Source: Lama glama | Taxonomy: Eukaryota | NCBI GenBank assembly: GCA_028534125.1 | Contig: CM052817.1 | Coordinates: 27,530,001 to 27,594,000 of the forward strand | Direction of reading: 5' to 3' | Length of the DNA: 64,000 bases | Shown: piece after piece, positions 13,365 through 25,625 of the stretch | Layout: each line of letters starts with the position of its first letter | How positions within the stretch are numbered: the first letter of the stretch is position 1 | Made by a program: the position numbers and the translations under genes | Notes under the pieces: generated by a model | What the model saw: the letters and a program-made list of their open reading frames with translations, nothing else | Told to the model about the DNA's origin: nothing | Database searches by the model: none

Positions 13365-13600
13365 GGTGAGGATGCTAACTACTACATATAAAATAGATAA
13401 ACAAGGTTCTTCTGTATAGCACAGAGAACTATACTCAATATTTTATAGTAACCTGTAATGAGAAAGAATATGAAAAGGAATATATGTATGTATGTGTATG
13501 ACTGAAACATTATGTTGTACACTAGAAATTAACACAGCATTGTACATGGACTATACTTCAATTTAAATTTTTTTTAATTTTTAAAAGGTTACAAAAAAAG
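13365..13600 (+). mobile_element. L1 3' end fragment
   Basis: actactacatataaaatagataaac...tatagcacagagaac...gactatacttcaatt. Confidence 0.8.
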
Positions 13601-15604
13601 AACTGGTGAGTATGGGTTTCTTGGCAGCAAAACAAAGCATGCTGCAGGTAATATCTCATCACAATAATCAAAGAAGTTCTATGGACTAGGTAGACACCAT
13701 TTTTTCCTTCCAAGATCACCTATTTGTCATAATTGCAAACAGTCAGTCTGAACTCCACCCCCCAACCTTTTTGCCCCTGAAGCCCAAGGCAGCCCTAGGA
13801 CGTGGGTTGCCCCGGGACTGGCATTGCTGTGACAGGATTTTAGCACAGTGTGCCTTCCCCCAGATCCCTCCAGATGCCAAATCTCACTTCAACAGACTTG
13901 ACCAGCCTCTCCTAGAGGCAAAGCTTTCCAGAAGATGGTGGGCGGAGGGTGCCAGGCCCTGTAGTCAGCACCTCCTGAGTATTAAACCAGTGAGTCTCTA
14001 CAACAACCTGCACAGTGTGTGAGAAGTCACCCACCAAACACCGCACAGCCAGGAGGGACAGAGGGCTGGCCACCCAGAGCTGGACGCTGAACCTCTACAG
14101 CAGAAAAAGGTGGCAGAACTAGGGGGTGATCACTGGGGAAGAGGGGCACACTGAGCTCCCACAAAACCCCATCTTCATGGTGAAACTGACAAGGCCTTAG
14201 GCTCGTGTAAAGGGTGTGGCAGACAGCGCCAGCCTCCAAGCCCCCACCCAGCCTCAACCCCTGCACTAATTCCTCCTCAGAGGAGGTTCTGGAGTTTCCA
14301 GCCAACACTGGGTGTGTTTACAACCGGAACACTGCAAGGTGAATCCGTGTCCTGGAGATCAGAGCAGAGCCCTGTGGGAGCAAAAACAGACAAAAGAGTA
14401 GTGATTCCCAGGAGGGAATCAGGTCCTTTGCAAATTAATTTCTAGGCTTCCTGGAGGAAGTGGCATTTGAGTCTGACCATGTGGGTCATGCAGGTGGTGG
14501 CTAAGGGGCAGAAGGCCCTCCCGGCAGTGAGCACAGCTGGGGTCAAGGCGAAGGACGGGACACCTCTAGGTTCCCTCTGAAGTCACAAGTTGTTTTGAGG
14601 GGCTCGCAGGGCCCATGAGGGGAGCCGTGGGAAGAATCACCCTTTCCTCCGGGCTGGCTCATTGTGCCAGGTTGCACGGTGAAGAGAGCAGTCTCAAACT
14701 CATTCCTGGCGCACGTGCTTGTGCACCGGGGCCTGGGGACTTCGTTCAGCCAGTGAGGAAGATTTTACCACTGCATAGCGAACACCCCTCCTGGGCCAGG
14801 GGCCTCCCCTACCTTTTGAGGTGGAGCCTACCCTGAAATCTGAAAACACCCATTACTCACTTTCCCAGCTTCCCTCGCAGCTCAGGCCAGGCCTGTGATG
14901 GCGTCCATGTCGGAAAAAAGCACAGAAAGATGAAGACTGAGGAGAACCCAGCAGAGGAGAGGGTCAGAGGCAGTGGCAGACACGCGGCATGAAGAGCTGT
15001 CAGCATCCATGGTTTCAGCCCGAGTGTCCCGTGTTGTGTGCGGGGCGTGGGGGTGGTTGAAGCTGTGGCATCTGGGCCCAGCGTGGCGGCAGGGATGGCT
15101 CCTTGGGACCAGTTCTGGAGCGTGGTCTGGGGCACTGTTCCAGACGCGTAGTCTCCAAGCCTGGTTCTTCAGGTGAACTGTTCACTAGCCTTCAATGAAT
15201 TTCTTTTCTCTTCAAACAGCCAGATTTGATTCCTCTTGCTTGCAGCTAAGGCTCTTGACACATTCAGCATGTTGGGGGACGAGGGGCATGCCTGCAAGAA
15301 TATCAGAACTGAGCCCTTCCCTATGTATAAAGACCAAATGGTCTTGCATGGATACTTGAAAATTCAGTGATTGTCTTGATTTCCTGAATCATTTGACAAT
15401 TAGGTTGGGACCTTATTCTGTAGATTATGGGGAGCTAGGACTGAAGTTTGGGAGCCAATCAGAACAGATGTGAGAAGAAATGTGAGAAAAATGGGATCTT
15501 TGTAAGAAATGACTCAAATCCAAGGTGTTTTCTCCCAGTGGGCCTTTCATGGAACAGTAAGAGGTAGACAAAAGGCCCAGACTCTTCTGTTATGGAAAAT
15601 TGAT

Positions 15605-16306
15605 TTCATTTATTTGTTTTAATTGAAGTCTAGTTGACTTACAATGCTATAGTCATTTCTGGTATACAGCATAGTGATTCAGTTATACATATATATGCAT
15701 ATTCTTTTTCATTATAGGTCATTATAAGATACTGAATATAGTACCCTGTGCTATACAGTAGGACCTTGCTGTTTATCTATTTTATGTATAGTAATTGGTA
15801 TCTGCTAATCCCAAATTCCTAATTTATTTCTCCCCCCACCTTTCCCCTTTAGTAACTATAAGTTTGTTTTCTGTGTCTGTGAGTCTATTTCTATTCTGTT
15901 AATAAGTTCATTTGTCTCATTTTTTTTAGATTCCACATATAAGTGATATTGTATTTGCCTTTCTGTGTCTGACTTCACTTAGTATGCTCACCTCTAGGCC
16001 CATCCATGTTGCCGCAAATGGCATTTTTCATTCTTTTTCATAGCTGAGTAGTATTCCATTGTGTGTGTGTGTATATATATGACAACTTCTTCATCCAATC
16101 ATCTGTCAATGGACATTTAGGTTGCTTCCATGTCTTGGCTATTGTAAATAGTGCTGTTGTGAACATTGGGGTACATGTACCTTTTCAAATTGTAGTTTTC
16201 TCTGGATATATGCCCAGGAATGGGATTGCTGGAACATAGGGTAAGTTATTTTTAGCTTTTTAAGGAATCTCCATCCTGCTTTTCATAGTGGCTGCACTAA
16301 ATTACA
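15605..16306 (-). mobile_element. L1 3' region (~700 bp)
   Basis: Reverse-complement L1 3'UTR/ORF2-end motifs (ccatccatgttgc, gtattccattg, ggtaagttatttttag); CTGTTATGG(G)AAAAT flanks both ends as a TSD. Confidence 0.85.
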
Positions 16307-16385
16307 CTGTTATGGGAAAATAGATTGTTCAACCTGTATTCATGTAGTACTTTTTTGGACTCCAAAAGTTATATACTCTACATCA

Positions 16386-16428
16386 GTGGGATGGTGTGGG
16401 ATGGTGTGGGATGGTGTGGGATGGTGTG
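16386..16428. repeat. 10-bp tandem repeat (GTGGGATGGT)x4
   Basis: Read directly from the sequence. Confidence 0.95.
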
Positions 16429-18120
16429 AACAAGAGAGGCCCAGAACCAAAAGCAGGTGTTTACTTTTGCTGCAGGTGGAAAGAGTTGCTGTGTGACAAA
16501 AAAGAATTCTCAAGAACAGCCATGGCTGTTTAAGTTAAGCCACCAACTGAACTGCATTAGCAGGAAATATCACCTCCATTATTGCCAGAAGGGCCCCAGA
16601 AGAGACAGACTTTAAAATATGGCCTTAAATTTACAAATTTGATGAAACTATCAAATGTACTTCCTCATATGACACAATTCATAATTTCAGTTACAAAAGT
16701 TAAGACTTCAAGCAACTTGAGAGAACATATCATAGAACAATATAACTTTTTTTGATCTCTTCTACTAAAATGCTTGCTCCCTGAAAATAGGGCCTTCAAT
16801 TGCACGTACCGCCAGCATGTAGTAGGTGCTAGATCAAACCTGTTTAACAGAAAAGCAGCTCATACTCCCTTAGACTCTGTGGAGAGAGTGGAGGTGTGTA
16901 TTATGTACCATCTGTTATCCATATTGACCATACCTTTGCAGCAGACTCTTGTCAGAGAGTATTTTCCGGAGGTAAAAATATTCCCCTATAGTCTCCACTC
17001 CTCTCCACTTCCAGAGAAACGCATGCTAACCTACAAGCCATACTTCAGTTAGGTCTTGCTTGTTCCGCATATCACTTCTCCCTTTAGGACTTCCTGTTTT
17101 CCGCAATGAACAAAGAGGTTATTTATACACAAAAGAACCTGACTTGGGCATTGTTAGATTTCTCCCTAAAGTCAGCAGAAGGTATGTTCTGTTTCACGAT
17201 GTGACAGGATATAATAAACAAATGTTTTAACTTCAAAAATGATTCGAGTAAAGTGTAAGGCTCTAGAAACCACTATGAATCTGAGATCCTTCCTGTATTT
17301 GAAGCAGGTAGTACTTCAAAGACACATCTTAGACTTCTCAGAGGGAATCGTTTCCATCTAAACTGGCAATTTATTTGTAAGTCTGCTATCCTCCTCCTGC
17401 TTTGCATAATTAATGTTGTAAATAATATTAATAATGTTCTTTGATATTGGAGTTGGAGATGAAAGTTTCATTTTTAATGTATTCCACAAATAATTTGATA
17501 GTTGATTCTGTAAATGTCATTTTTAATGTACTTATAACTCTTTCCTCAACAATGGCTCTGGCAATAAGCCACACTACGCAGTAAATGCTTTATTTGTTTT
17601 CTTGGATTAAATAATGCGACATAATTGCCTTCAGCTTTGTTTGGTTTTTACTTGAGGTGACTCACTTTGCCAGCACTGAATTTTAAAAATAAAGAGTAAA
17701 TTCTGATCACCTTTCATTTTCTCAGCCTATTTGAAAATGAAAAAATAAAGATAAATATGAACTTAAAATAAGAATATGAAGTACCTCTAACTAGTCTATT
17801 ACAACCCAGTTCCAGAGGATAGACAACCGTATTTGTTTTACAGGGCAGCGTAACCAAGTATTACAACCTACGTGGCTTAAAACAACAGAAACTTAATTGT
17901 CTCCTGGTTCTGGAAGCTAGCAGTCTGAAGCCACGGCAGGTCCCTGAATGTGGTTCAGCAAAACCCCAAGGAGAGGCAGTGTCATGTCAGTCAAGACACA
18001 GTTAGAAGAGCTGAGGCTTAGGCAGCAGGTGGGGCACTCTTCTCCTGTCTGTTCCTGACCATGTCATCATCTACAGATATTTGGAAGAAAGAAAAATCTG
18101 GTACATGTGGGTTTCCTGAC

Positions 18121-18245
18121 TGCGATGGACTGAATTGTGTCCCTCACATTAAATCCACAGGTTGAAGCACTAAACCCCCATGGTAGTATTTGGAGATGGG
18201 ACCATTGGGAGGTAATTAGGTTTAGACGAAGTCCTGAGACCTCTT
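18121..18245 (+). mobile_element. MLT1-type MaLR LTR 5' fragment
   Basis: tgcgatggactgaattgtgtcc...gttgaagcactaa...tttggagatggg. Confidence 0.7.
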
Positions 18246-19767
18246 AATCTTTCAGGTATGCTTCTCTGCAGTTAAGTTCTACATCCAAGAATCAAACCAC
18301 TAATCTCTAAGCAATAATACATGCTTTCCTCAGGAATGTGGTTCTTTTTGGTAATGATACAAATACACACAATGTTTTAGCTAATACATACCAGAATATT
18401 TGTACTATTACTGAAAAGAACCATTTTACTGAGGAACAGCATTATTGCTTCCAAAGGGCAAAAATCCCACCGGAAGTCATCGTAATTCAGACAACACTCT
18501 GAAGCACATCCAATTCATGTGTAATAATTTCCTTAAAGATTTGTTACATTACAGTTTAGACTTTGATGTGTTGTATAAGGTAAGACACATCCACTTCATT
18601 TTTTTAAAAAGGAGGTGTTGGAAGAAAAATTAAGTTAGAGCTACATCACTAACACGTGACAAAAGATGACTGCTGTAACAGTCAACGCTCTTTCACAAAC
18701 AGTTTTGGGTCATTCACATTAAGCACACATCCCAGGGTGATTCACTTTTTATTAGTGCAACTGATGTAAGGCTTATGACTGGATGGTATAAAGTCTAAGA
18801 ATTGACAACCGAACCTGACAGAAGTGTGGAGTGATAAATTTTTCACAAACACTTTGAAATATTGAAAAGTAGCAAATTTGCCTTTATTTCTCTTCTCCAA
18901 TACATTTAACAATGGTTTTACGGTAGTGTACAGGTATGCTGTTAATGCTGTTTAACATTGATGATGTCTTTTTAGGTATCAGTTGATGTATTTACATATA
19001 TGACATGTGTAAATACATATATTCATAAACACATACATGTATATGTGTATGCATGTGTGTAAACACAGATTTGTATGCACACATATTTATGGCCATTTGT
19101 GTCCTTTGAAGAGCCTGAATTGTGCACACAAGTTCCTGAACTCTTTGGACTGTAATATAATTATAGAGTCCCACATAACTGGTGAGTGCAGAAAAAGAGC
19201 ATCTGGTAATACATCGATATTCCAACTGTTTTAAGAATATGTGCCCCCAACGGAGTCAGGGAGCACTGATGGTCGGCAAGCCCTCCTTAACAGTGAGCGC
19301 TGTTAAGATCACAGTCAGATCACATCGTGAGACTAAAGTCTTGACCCACCGTGCTTCTCTTGGTCAGAGTTTCCCCATCTGTGAAAGGAGAGGGATTTTT
19401 ATGCCAGAAGATATTCCAGGACTCTTTCATCTCTAACGTCCTGTGAACTTTAAACATCATTAATTATTGATACTTTTCATGAAGGCAAGTAGTTGAATCC
19501 TAACTGCATTCCCTTTCTGTGTTAGTGTGTTTCAGCCTTCTGAGATTTTTTTTATTAACAAGAAATAAATTGAAGTATATTGGACTCTCTTTTTCCTGAC
19601 ATGGGGGAATGCAGCTGGCGGAGTAATCTGTGTCCCTTTTGGGGACTTACATGAACTATTTCACATTGTTGGGCTGCTTCTGAAGACATGAGGCATTCAA
19701 AAGAGACAGTACTAAAATCTAGCCAAAGACCAGACTGAGACAAATTTCCGTGGAACCTGCAAAATGA

Positions 19768-19867
19768 NNNNNNNNNNNNNNNNNNNNNNNNNNNNNNNNN
19801 NNNNNNNNNNNNNNNNNNNNNNNNNNNNNNNNNNNNNNNNNNNNNNNNNNNNNNNNNNNNNNNNNNN
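19768..19867. other. Assembly gap (100 N)
   Basis: Run of N. Confidence 1.
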
Positions 19868-19899
19868 AAGTAAGAAGGTAAATGTTTCTTTCTTTTTAT

Positions 19900-20200
19900 A
19901 CAAAAGCAATACCGAACTATTAACATATACACTAAAGGAAGTGGTACTAAGACACACTATTTATAACCACAATTAAAATAAGGTGGTCTGTCAAGAGGCC
20001 ATTCCTGCCTACCCTGTGTAGATGATATTAAAAGGTAGATTTGGCAGGAATATTAATAAAGAAAACCATGTCAAGTTCACATACTCTTGGGCCAGCTGGC
20101 TCCTGCTCACCAAATCAAAGGCTGATGAAAGGTTAATAAAAGTTGGAAAAAGTTTTAATTTGCTTTGATACATTTCTTCATGAGTAAAAGAGGATATAAC
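19900..20200 (-). mobile_element. Degraded reverse-transcriptase fragment of an old non-L1 LINE (RTE-clade/L4-like)
   Basis: Minus-strand translation contains FINLSSAFDLVSR (cf. FxDLxxAFDxVxR), then a degenerate, frameshifted CVLxPL..YVN (cf. QGCVLAPLLF.LYIND). Confidence 0.55.
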
Positions 20201-20767
20201 TAAATAGTAAATAATTATACCTAAAATCTACTTGCTTTTTCTGAAAGGTGTTGAACCTGCATTTTACAAAGAAGGATGCTGACCTCTAGCCCCAAGGGTC
20301 TATCTAGTAACTAATTGTCCATTTTTAGGAGAATACATAGAGATCGTATTGTGTAGACACATACTGCCTCGCTCAGTAGTCACTAGTTACCTGTGGCTAC
20401 TATGCACTGTGACTAGTCCATTATTATTTCCATAATAATAAAATTAAAGGATAGTAAATCTATCATTTAAAATACAAATTGTTTTCTTTACTCATGGAAA
20501 GAAAATATGTAGATTAGACAGAAATAAGTATACAAATTATTCCTTTGGACTCTGAGCAAAAGGATAAATACACTTAAATACCATTTAGAACCCAAAACTG
20601 ACTTTTTCACATTTCTAACAAGCCTACAAATTCCATTCCGTGATACTCATTTTATTATTATTATTACCATTATTTACTACTCACATTTTTATTTTCCTGA
20701 AATTCTGTCCTAATTAAAGCACGGCTGGAGAGTACAATCTTGATCTATAGATACTGGCCAGCTCCTC

Positions 20768-21259
20768 TGTGATAAATTTACAGATGAAGAGGATTTGGAT
20801 TGGTAAGGTTAGCCTAAAACAATAAAGCAGCCAAATGGGTTTACCAGCAAAATGGGTTGATGCAGGAGCAGCAAAGAATTGCAGTGTGGGACACGCGACT
20901 GTGGTGAACCACACGCAAGTCCTGTAAAACAAAGAAGAGAAAACAGAGAGTAGAAGAGGAAGTTGGGAGGAGTGTTATAAACAAGAAAGTCCAAAGGAGG
21001 AAACTGGGAGTTTGAGGTACAGTGGCTTCTCATTGACTGAGTTCTGAGAATTTCTCATTGGCTGACCTATTGTCAGGCAAGGAGAACATCTTTCTTCCTC
21101 TGGCTCTTGGTGGTAAAATAGTGTCACTTTCTGCTGGAGATGCAAAGTACACCTCTTCCTATTGGGGTCTGTATTAACTCTGAGTGGTGTGTGCATGACA
21201 GCTCCCCCTTCTGGCCTCCTGACTCCATTTTAGTGAGGTTTCCCTTTATTGATTTTCAC
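20768..21259. mobile_element. Probable solo ERV LTR
   Basis: TGTGA...TCACA termini; composition and motifs resemble an ERV1-class LTR. Confidence 0.5.
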
Positions 21260-22167
21260 AGTAATAAGGAAGCATCAGGTTTATTGTCTCGTATTTTCCT
21301 TGTCTCTTCTAGGCTACTGGAAAATTTGATCTACTTGGATGTTGTGTTTCAATACGAAGGGTAAAGTTTATAGTAAGTTATTCTGTCAGAATGAATTTAG
21401 GTGCTTGAAATGGAAGAAAATTGAGCTAGGGTAATTACTACACATCAGGACAGAGAACTCCCAGACATCCTGGTGAAGAGTAACTGGATACTTTACACTT
21501 TTAAGCAGGAGTGCTTAACATGTTCATTTAATCTTGCAAGAACACTATTCATGGTCAATATTTAGAGATAGAGGGATAACTATTTGTCAGCTTTAACACA
21601 TAGATTCGAAAGCTTCTGGGATGTAGCTACAGTAAGGAACAGATGATGTTAAACAATTCCCTTGATTGTGATACAAACGTGAGCTTCAAATGTTGGAGGA
21701 AGTAACCTGATATTTGACTTTCAACCAGTGGGCATTACAGTCCCACCCAGGTCCATCTTCGACCAATGTTGAAATGTATAAGCAGATGGAAGAGAGTGGT
21801 AGATGTCTTTGTTTTCTGAAGCCCTGGAACACATATCTGGTGTATGTGTATATATATATATATTCTATCTGTAGTAGCTAAGTGATATATTTTCAAAGTA
21901 AAACTATGACATATAAATGTATAATATTTATATGAAATTATATTAGAAATAAAATAAACGCATGTCAAAGATTTTATGTAGCTCATTAAATAATGAGAGA
22001 ACTGGGAGATGTGTTAAAATTGGTTCAAAGAAGAAATCAAAGAACTACAAGTTTGTATGGAGTAAAGAGAAGTTGAAATGAATTTACAAATGGAAGCAAA
22101 ACTGGATTTTTCTACAAGAATGGGTGTGTAGAGAAGCCAATTCCACCTCCACCAGGCAGAAATCTTT

Positions 22168-22885
22168 TGTAGGTGTGAAAGACAGAAAAGTGCTTGCCTC
22201 CCCCGACATCCAAGATGTCCACTCTCTGATCCTCAGAACCTGTAAATATGTTAGGTTACATGGCAAAGGGGAATTAAGTTCGCAGATGGAATTAAGATTG
22301 CTAATCAGCTGACCTTAGTACAGAGAGAGTATCCTGGATTATTCAGGTGAGCCCAGTGTAATCACAAGGGTCCTTAAAAGTGGAAGAGGGTAAGCAAAAT
22401 AGAGTCTGAGGACCTTGTGACCACAGAAGGGTGGTCAGAAAGAAGCAACATTGCTGGCTTTTTCTTTATTTTAATTTTCTGATTTACAATGTTGTATTAG
22501 TTTCTGGTGTACAGCATAGTGATTCAGTTATACATATATATATATATACATACATACTCTTTTTCATTACAGGTTATGACAAGCCATTGAATATAACTCC
22601 CTGTGCTATACGATAAGATCTTGTTACAACATTTCTGGCTTTGAAAATGGGAAAAAGGGTCCAAGAAGCCAGGAATGGAGTGGCCTCTAAATGCTGGAAA
22701 AGGCAAGAAAATGAATTTCCCCCTACAGCCTCCAGAAAGGAATAGAGCCCTACAGATACCTTGATTAGCCCCAGGATACCTACGTGGGACTTCTGAACTC
22801 CAGAACTTTAAGGTCGTAAATTTGTGTTGTTTTAAGGCACCAAATTAGTTGTAATTTCTTAAAGCAGCAATAGGAAACTAAAAGA
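22168..22885 (+). mobile_element. MLT1D-like MaLR LTR interrupted by an L1 fragment
   Basis: ctgtaaatatgttaggttacatggcaaaggg...cagcctccagaaagg...aatttgtgttgttttaag...gcagcaataggaaactaa. Confidence 0.8.
22462..22626 (-). mobile_element. L1 3' end inserted in MLT1
   Basis: Reverse-complement L1 tail; TSD CAACATT(G/T)CTGGCTTT at 22446-22461 and 22627-22642. Confidence 0.8.
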
Positions 22886-22965
22886 ATAAACATGGCTGAT
22901 TGCATTGCTATTAGTTATCTACAACTTTCAGAGTTTAAAAACAGCCTAGTCAAAGACAAAGGAAG

Positions 22966-23007
22966 GTGCGTGCGCGCGCGCGCACGCGCACACACACACA
23001 CACACAC
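22966..23007. repeat. (GC)n/(AC)n microsatellite
   Basis: Alternating purine-pyrimidine tract, read directly. Confidence 0.95.
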
Positions 23008-24033
23008 CCCTCATAGTCATGCTCTATCTGCAGAGCTTCTGGAGCTTACCTTGGGATAGCCAGTAAAAGTAGAAATGTATTCCTAATGAGATGAATGACA
23101 CAGCATTTAGCAACTGCAAAAATGCCCTGTCCAACCACAGGATCATTAATCACTGATGGAAGCAGAAATGAGCAAATTGATGACTTGATGGTTCAGTAGA
23201 ATCCCCCTCGCAAACTGGGGAGAGCCAAATCATCAATAATTCTGGAATCAATTCTTGCTCCATCAGCCAATTTCTAGCCAAAAGGAGTAATGGCCTCTTG
23301 GTAGCCAACTGCTTCAGCTACAGAGTTTGTGTCACAGCAGAATTTTCTTTCCTTCAATTAAAATAAGCTGGGTAACACTTAGGACTTGACCCTCATCCCA
23401 TGGAAACTCTTATCAAGTAGAAAGTGATTGACAGGCACTGGGGAAAAAAAAAGTAAAAATATAAAAAGCACCAGATAAAAAATGATGATTGAAGTGGAAT
23501 TATACTATTTTTGCTTTCCTGGCGATGATACCTCATTCTTTTCATAGCAATACAGAGCTTCAGATGAGGCTGATCCAACACAAATTCTTGCGACTATTCC
23601 ATTTAAACAGTGTGGGTGAATGACCCAAGCCTGGACCTTATGTCTCAATGATTGGTTTAAGAATTCATGGGCCCAGATTTGACCCACCGGGAATCAAGCT
23701 TGGATCGTTATTTGAAGTATCAGGCAAGAAGCACTTTTTACAGGCTGGTCTTATTAATCTGGTGGAATATGAACTGGAGTTAAGGGAGAATCAGCTTGAT
23801 ACTGAAGTCAACTCAGAAGGAAGCAGAAACCAGAACAGAGATTCCTTTGATATCATTTGTACTTTATGTCCAGCCATGCCTGTTATAAGATCATTTACCT
23901 CTGGCCTTTTGAAATTCATCAATTATTTTGTCCTTTTCCCCCCATAAATCTATTTGGGCTTAATTTCTGTTACTTGCAATCAAGAGAATCCTGATTAAGA
24001 TGACCATGTAGATTTGGGGAGTTATCTCACAAC

Positions 24034-24371
24034 TGTTAAAGGATAACCTAAGGCATATTAAAAATTAAAGAGTTTATTTGAGCAAAAGTCGATTCTAATC
24101 AGGCACTGCCAAACCAAAAGTAGTTAGAAGTGATCCACTGACAGGAGCTAGGGGAAAGAATTTCATAGAGAAAAGGCAGAAGCAAAGTACTAGAATTATT
24201 TGATTGGCCGTAGCTTAATTGGAAAAGCCTACTTGGCTGTTTGTAATTGGTTGTCCTTAAGTTTTGATTTCTTAAGCCTGAGGTATTAACAGGCTTAGGT
24301 TTTGGTTTGCTTAGTAGGCTAATAAGGTGTTAGAACCCTCTTGGGCCAATGGCCTCCTTGTTTAATTAACA
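24034..24371 (-). mobile_element. Probable solo ERV LTR
   Basis: TGTTAA...TTAACA inverted termini; LTR-like internal motifs (ATTGG/CCAAT boxes). Confidence 0.55.
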
Positions 24372-25506
24372 CTACCAAACAGACCGATCAAAGAAGAAGT
24401 AAAGAAATACACTAAGGGAAAAAAGACAAATTCCAAGTGTTAAAAAACAAAAACAAAAAAGAAGGGCATTAAATATCATTCAAATATTAAACATAACACA
24501 AATCACAAAGCTATTCACAATACGTCTCACAGAAGAAAAATGATACACGTCATGGCATTTAATAGTTAACACTAACCATGAAAGCTCTTACAGAACCAAA
24601 TGTCTTGGCAAAGTGGCTTCAACTTCTCTCAGTACATTTCATGCTATCCCTAAATTGCCTGAGACACTGTCCTGGGATCCACATCGGTATCTATAGTTTT
24701 GTTTGAAGTCTGGGGGACTGACATAGAAATGGAGAAAATACTGTCTGCCTTTGACAGAAATTAAAGAATAGAAAAAGAAAAGCTACTGTCACTAAAAGTG
24801 AGCGCAATTTGTAAGAATAACTACAGTACAAATCTGATAGGTAGTTATCCCCTAATTTTTATCCATTCAAAATAAATTATTTCTTCTTTGAAATCTTTCT
24901 AAAACCTCCATTGAAGGCCTACGTCTGTGGTCCTTTTTAGTTCATCTTCAGCACATCTGAGAATGCAGAAGAAGCAAAGAGAATGAAATCAAAATAACTC
25001 AATTGTTAGAATAATAGGATTAAGTCGATTCAGTCAGCAAAACAAAGTCAACCTATTAAAAAGAGTTTTAATGGGGAGTATCATCTTTCATAAATCAGCA
25101 AGCTTTGGAAAGCAACCTGGTTTGTGCCCCCTTTTCATTTATCTTAATTTAGCAGCTTCACGGAGCCAGGCCTGGCAGTTTCTAGTTCAGTTTGGGGTCT
25201 AAGGTTGTGGGATAGATGGTTCCTCTATCCTTCCCCCATATATCCACTTATTATTTTTATCCAGGTTTGAAAGGGAAAGGAAAATTTTCAACTCATAACA
25301 AAGGACTAGAATCAAAACATAATTTTAACATTTAAACATAAGCTTTTAAAACTGCAAAAAACAAATGATAATGGATAATAATAAAAGACAAACACAATAG
25401 AAAGAGAGGCAAAAGAGGAGAAAACCTGAACATCCAATAAAGTTGTGAAAAGATGCTCAACCTCATTGCTACTTAGGAAAATGCAAATTAAAACAGTGAT
25501 GTGTCA

Positions 25507-25625
25507 GGAGAGGGTATAGCTCAGCGGTACAGCATGTGCTTAGCATGCATAAGGTCAAACCCCAGTACCTCCATTAAAAATAAATAAAAACCTAATTACC
25601 TCCTCCCCCTAAAAGAAAAAATTTT
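25507..25625 (+). mobile_element. tRNA-derived SINE (camelid-type) within an old L1
   Basis: ggagagggtatagctcagcggt...cccagtacctccattaaaaataaataaaaacctaattacc. Confidence 0.85.

Noticed and set aside
16386..16428. Short direct-repeat array as a possible CRISPR-like structure
   Set aside because: No spacers; a simple eukaryotic minisatellite.
16475..16760. Plus-strand acceptor (ttttgctgcag) followed by partly open frames
   Set aside because: Isolated, with no partner exons or recognisable peptide.
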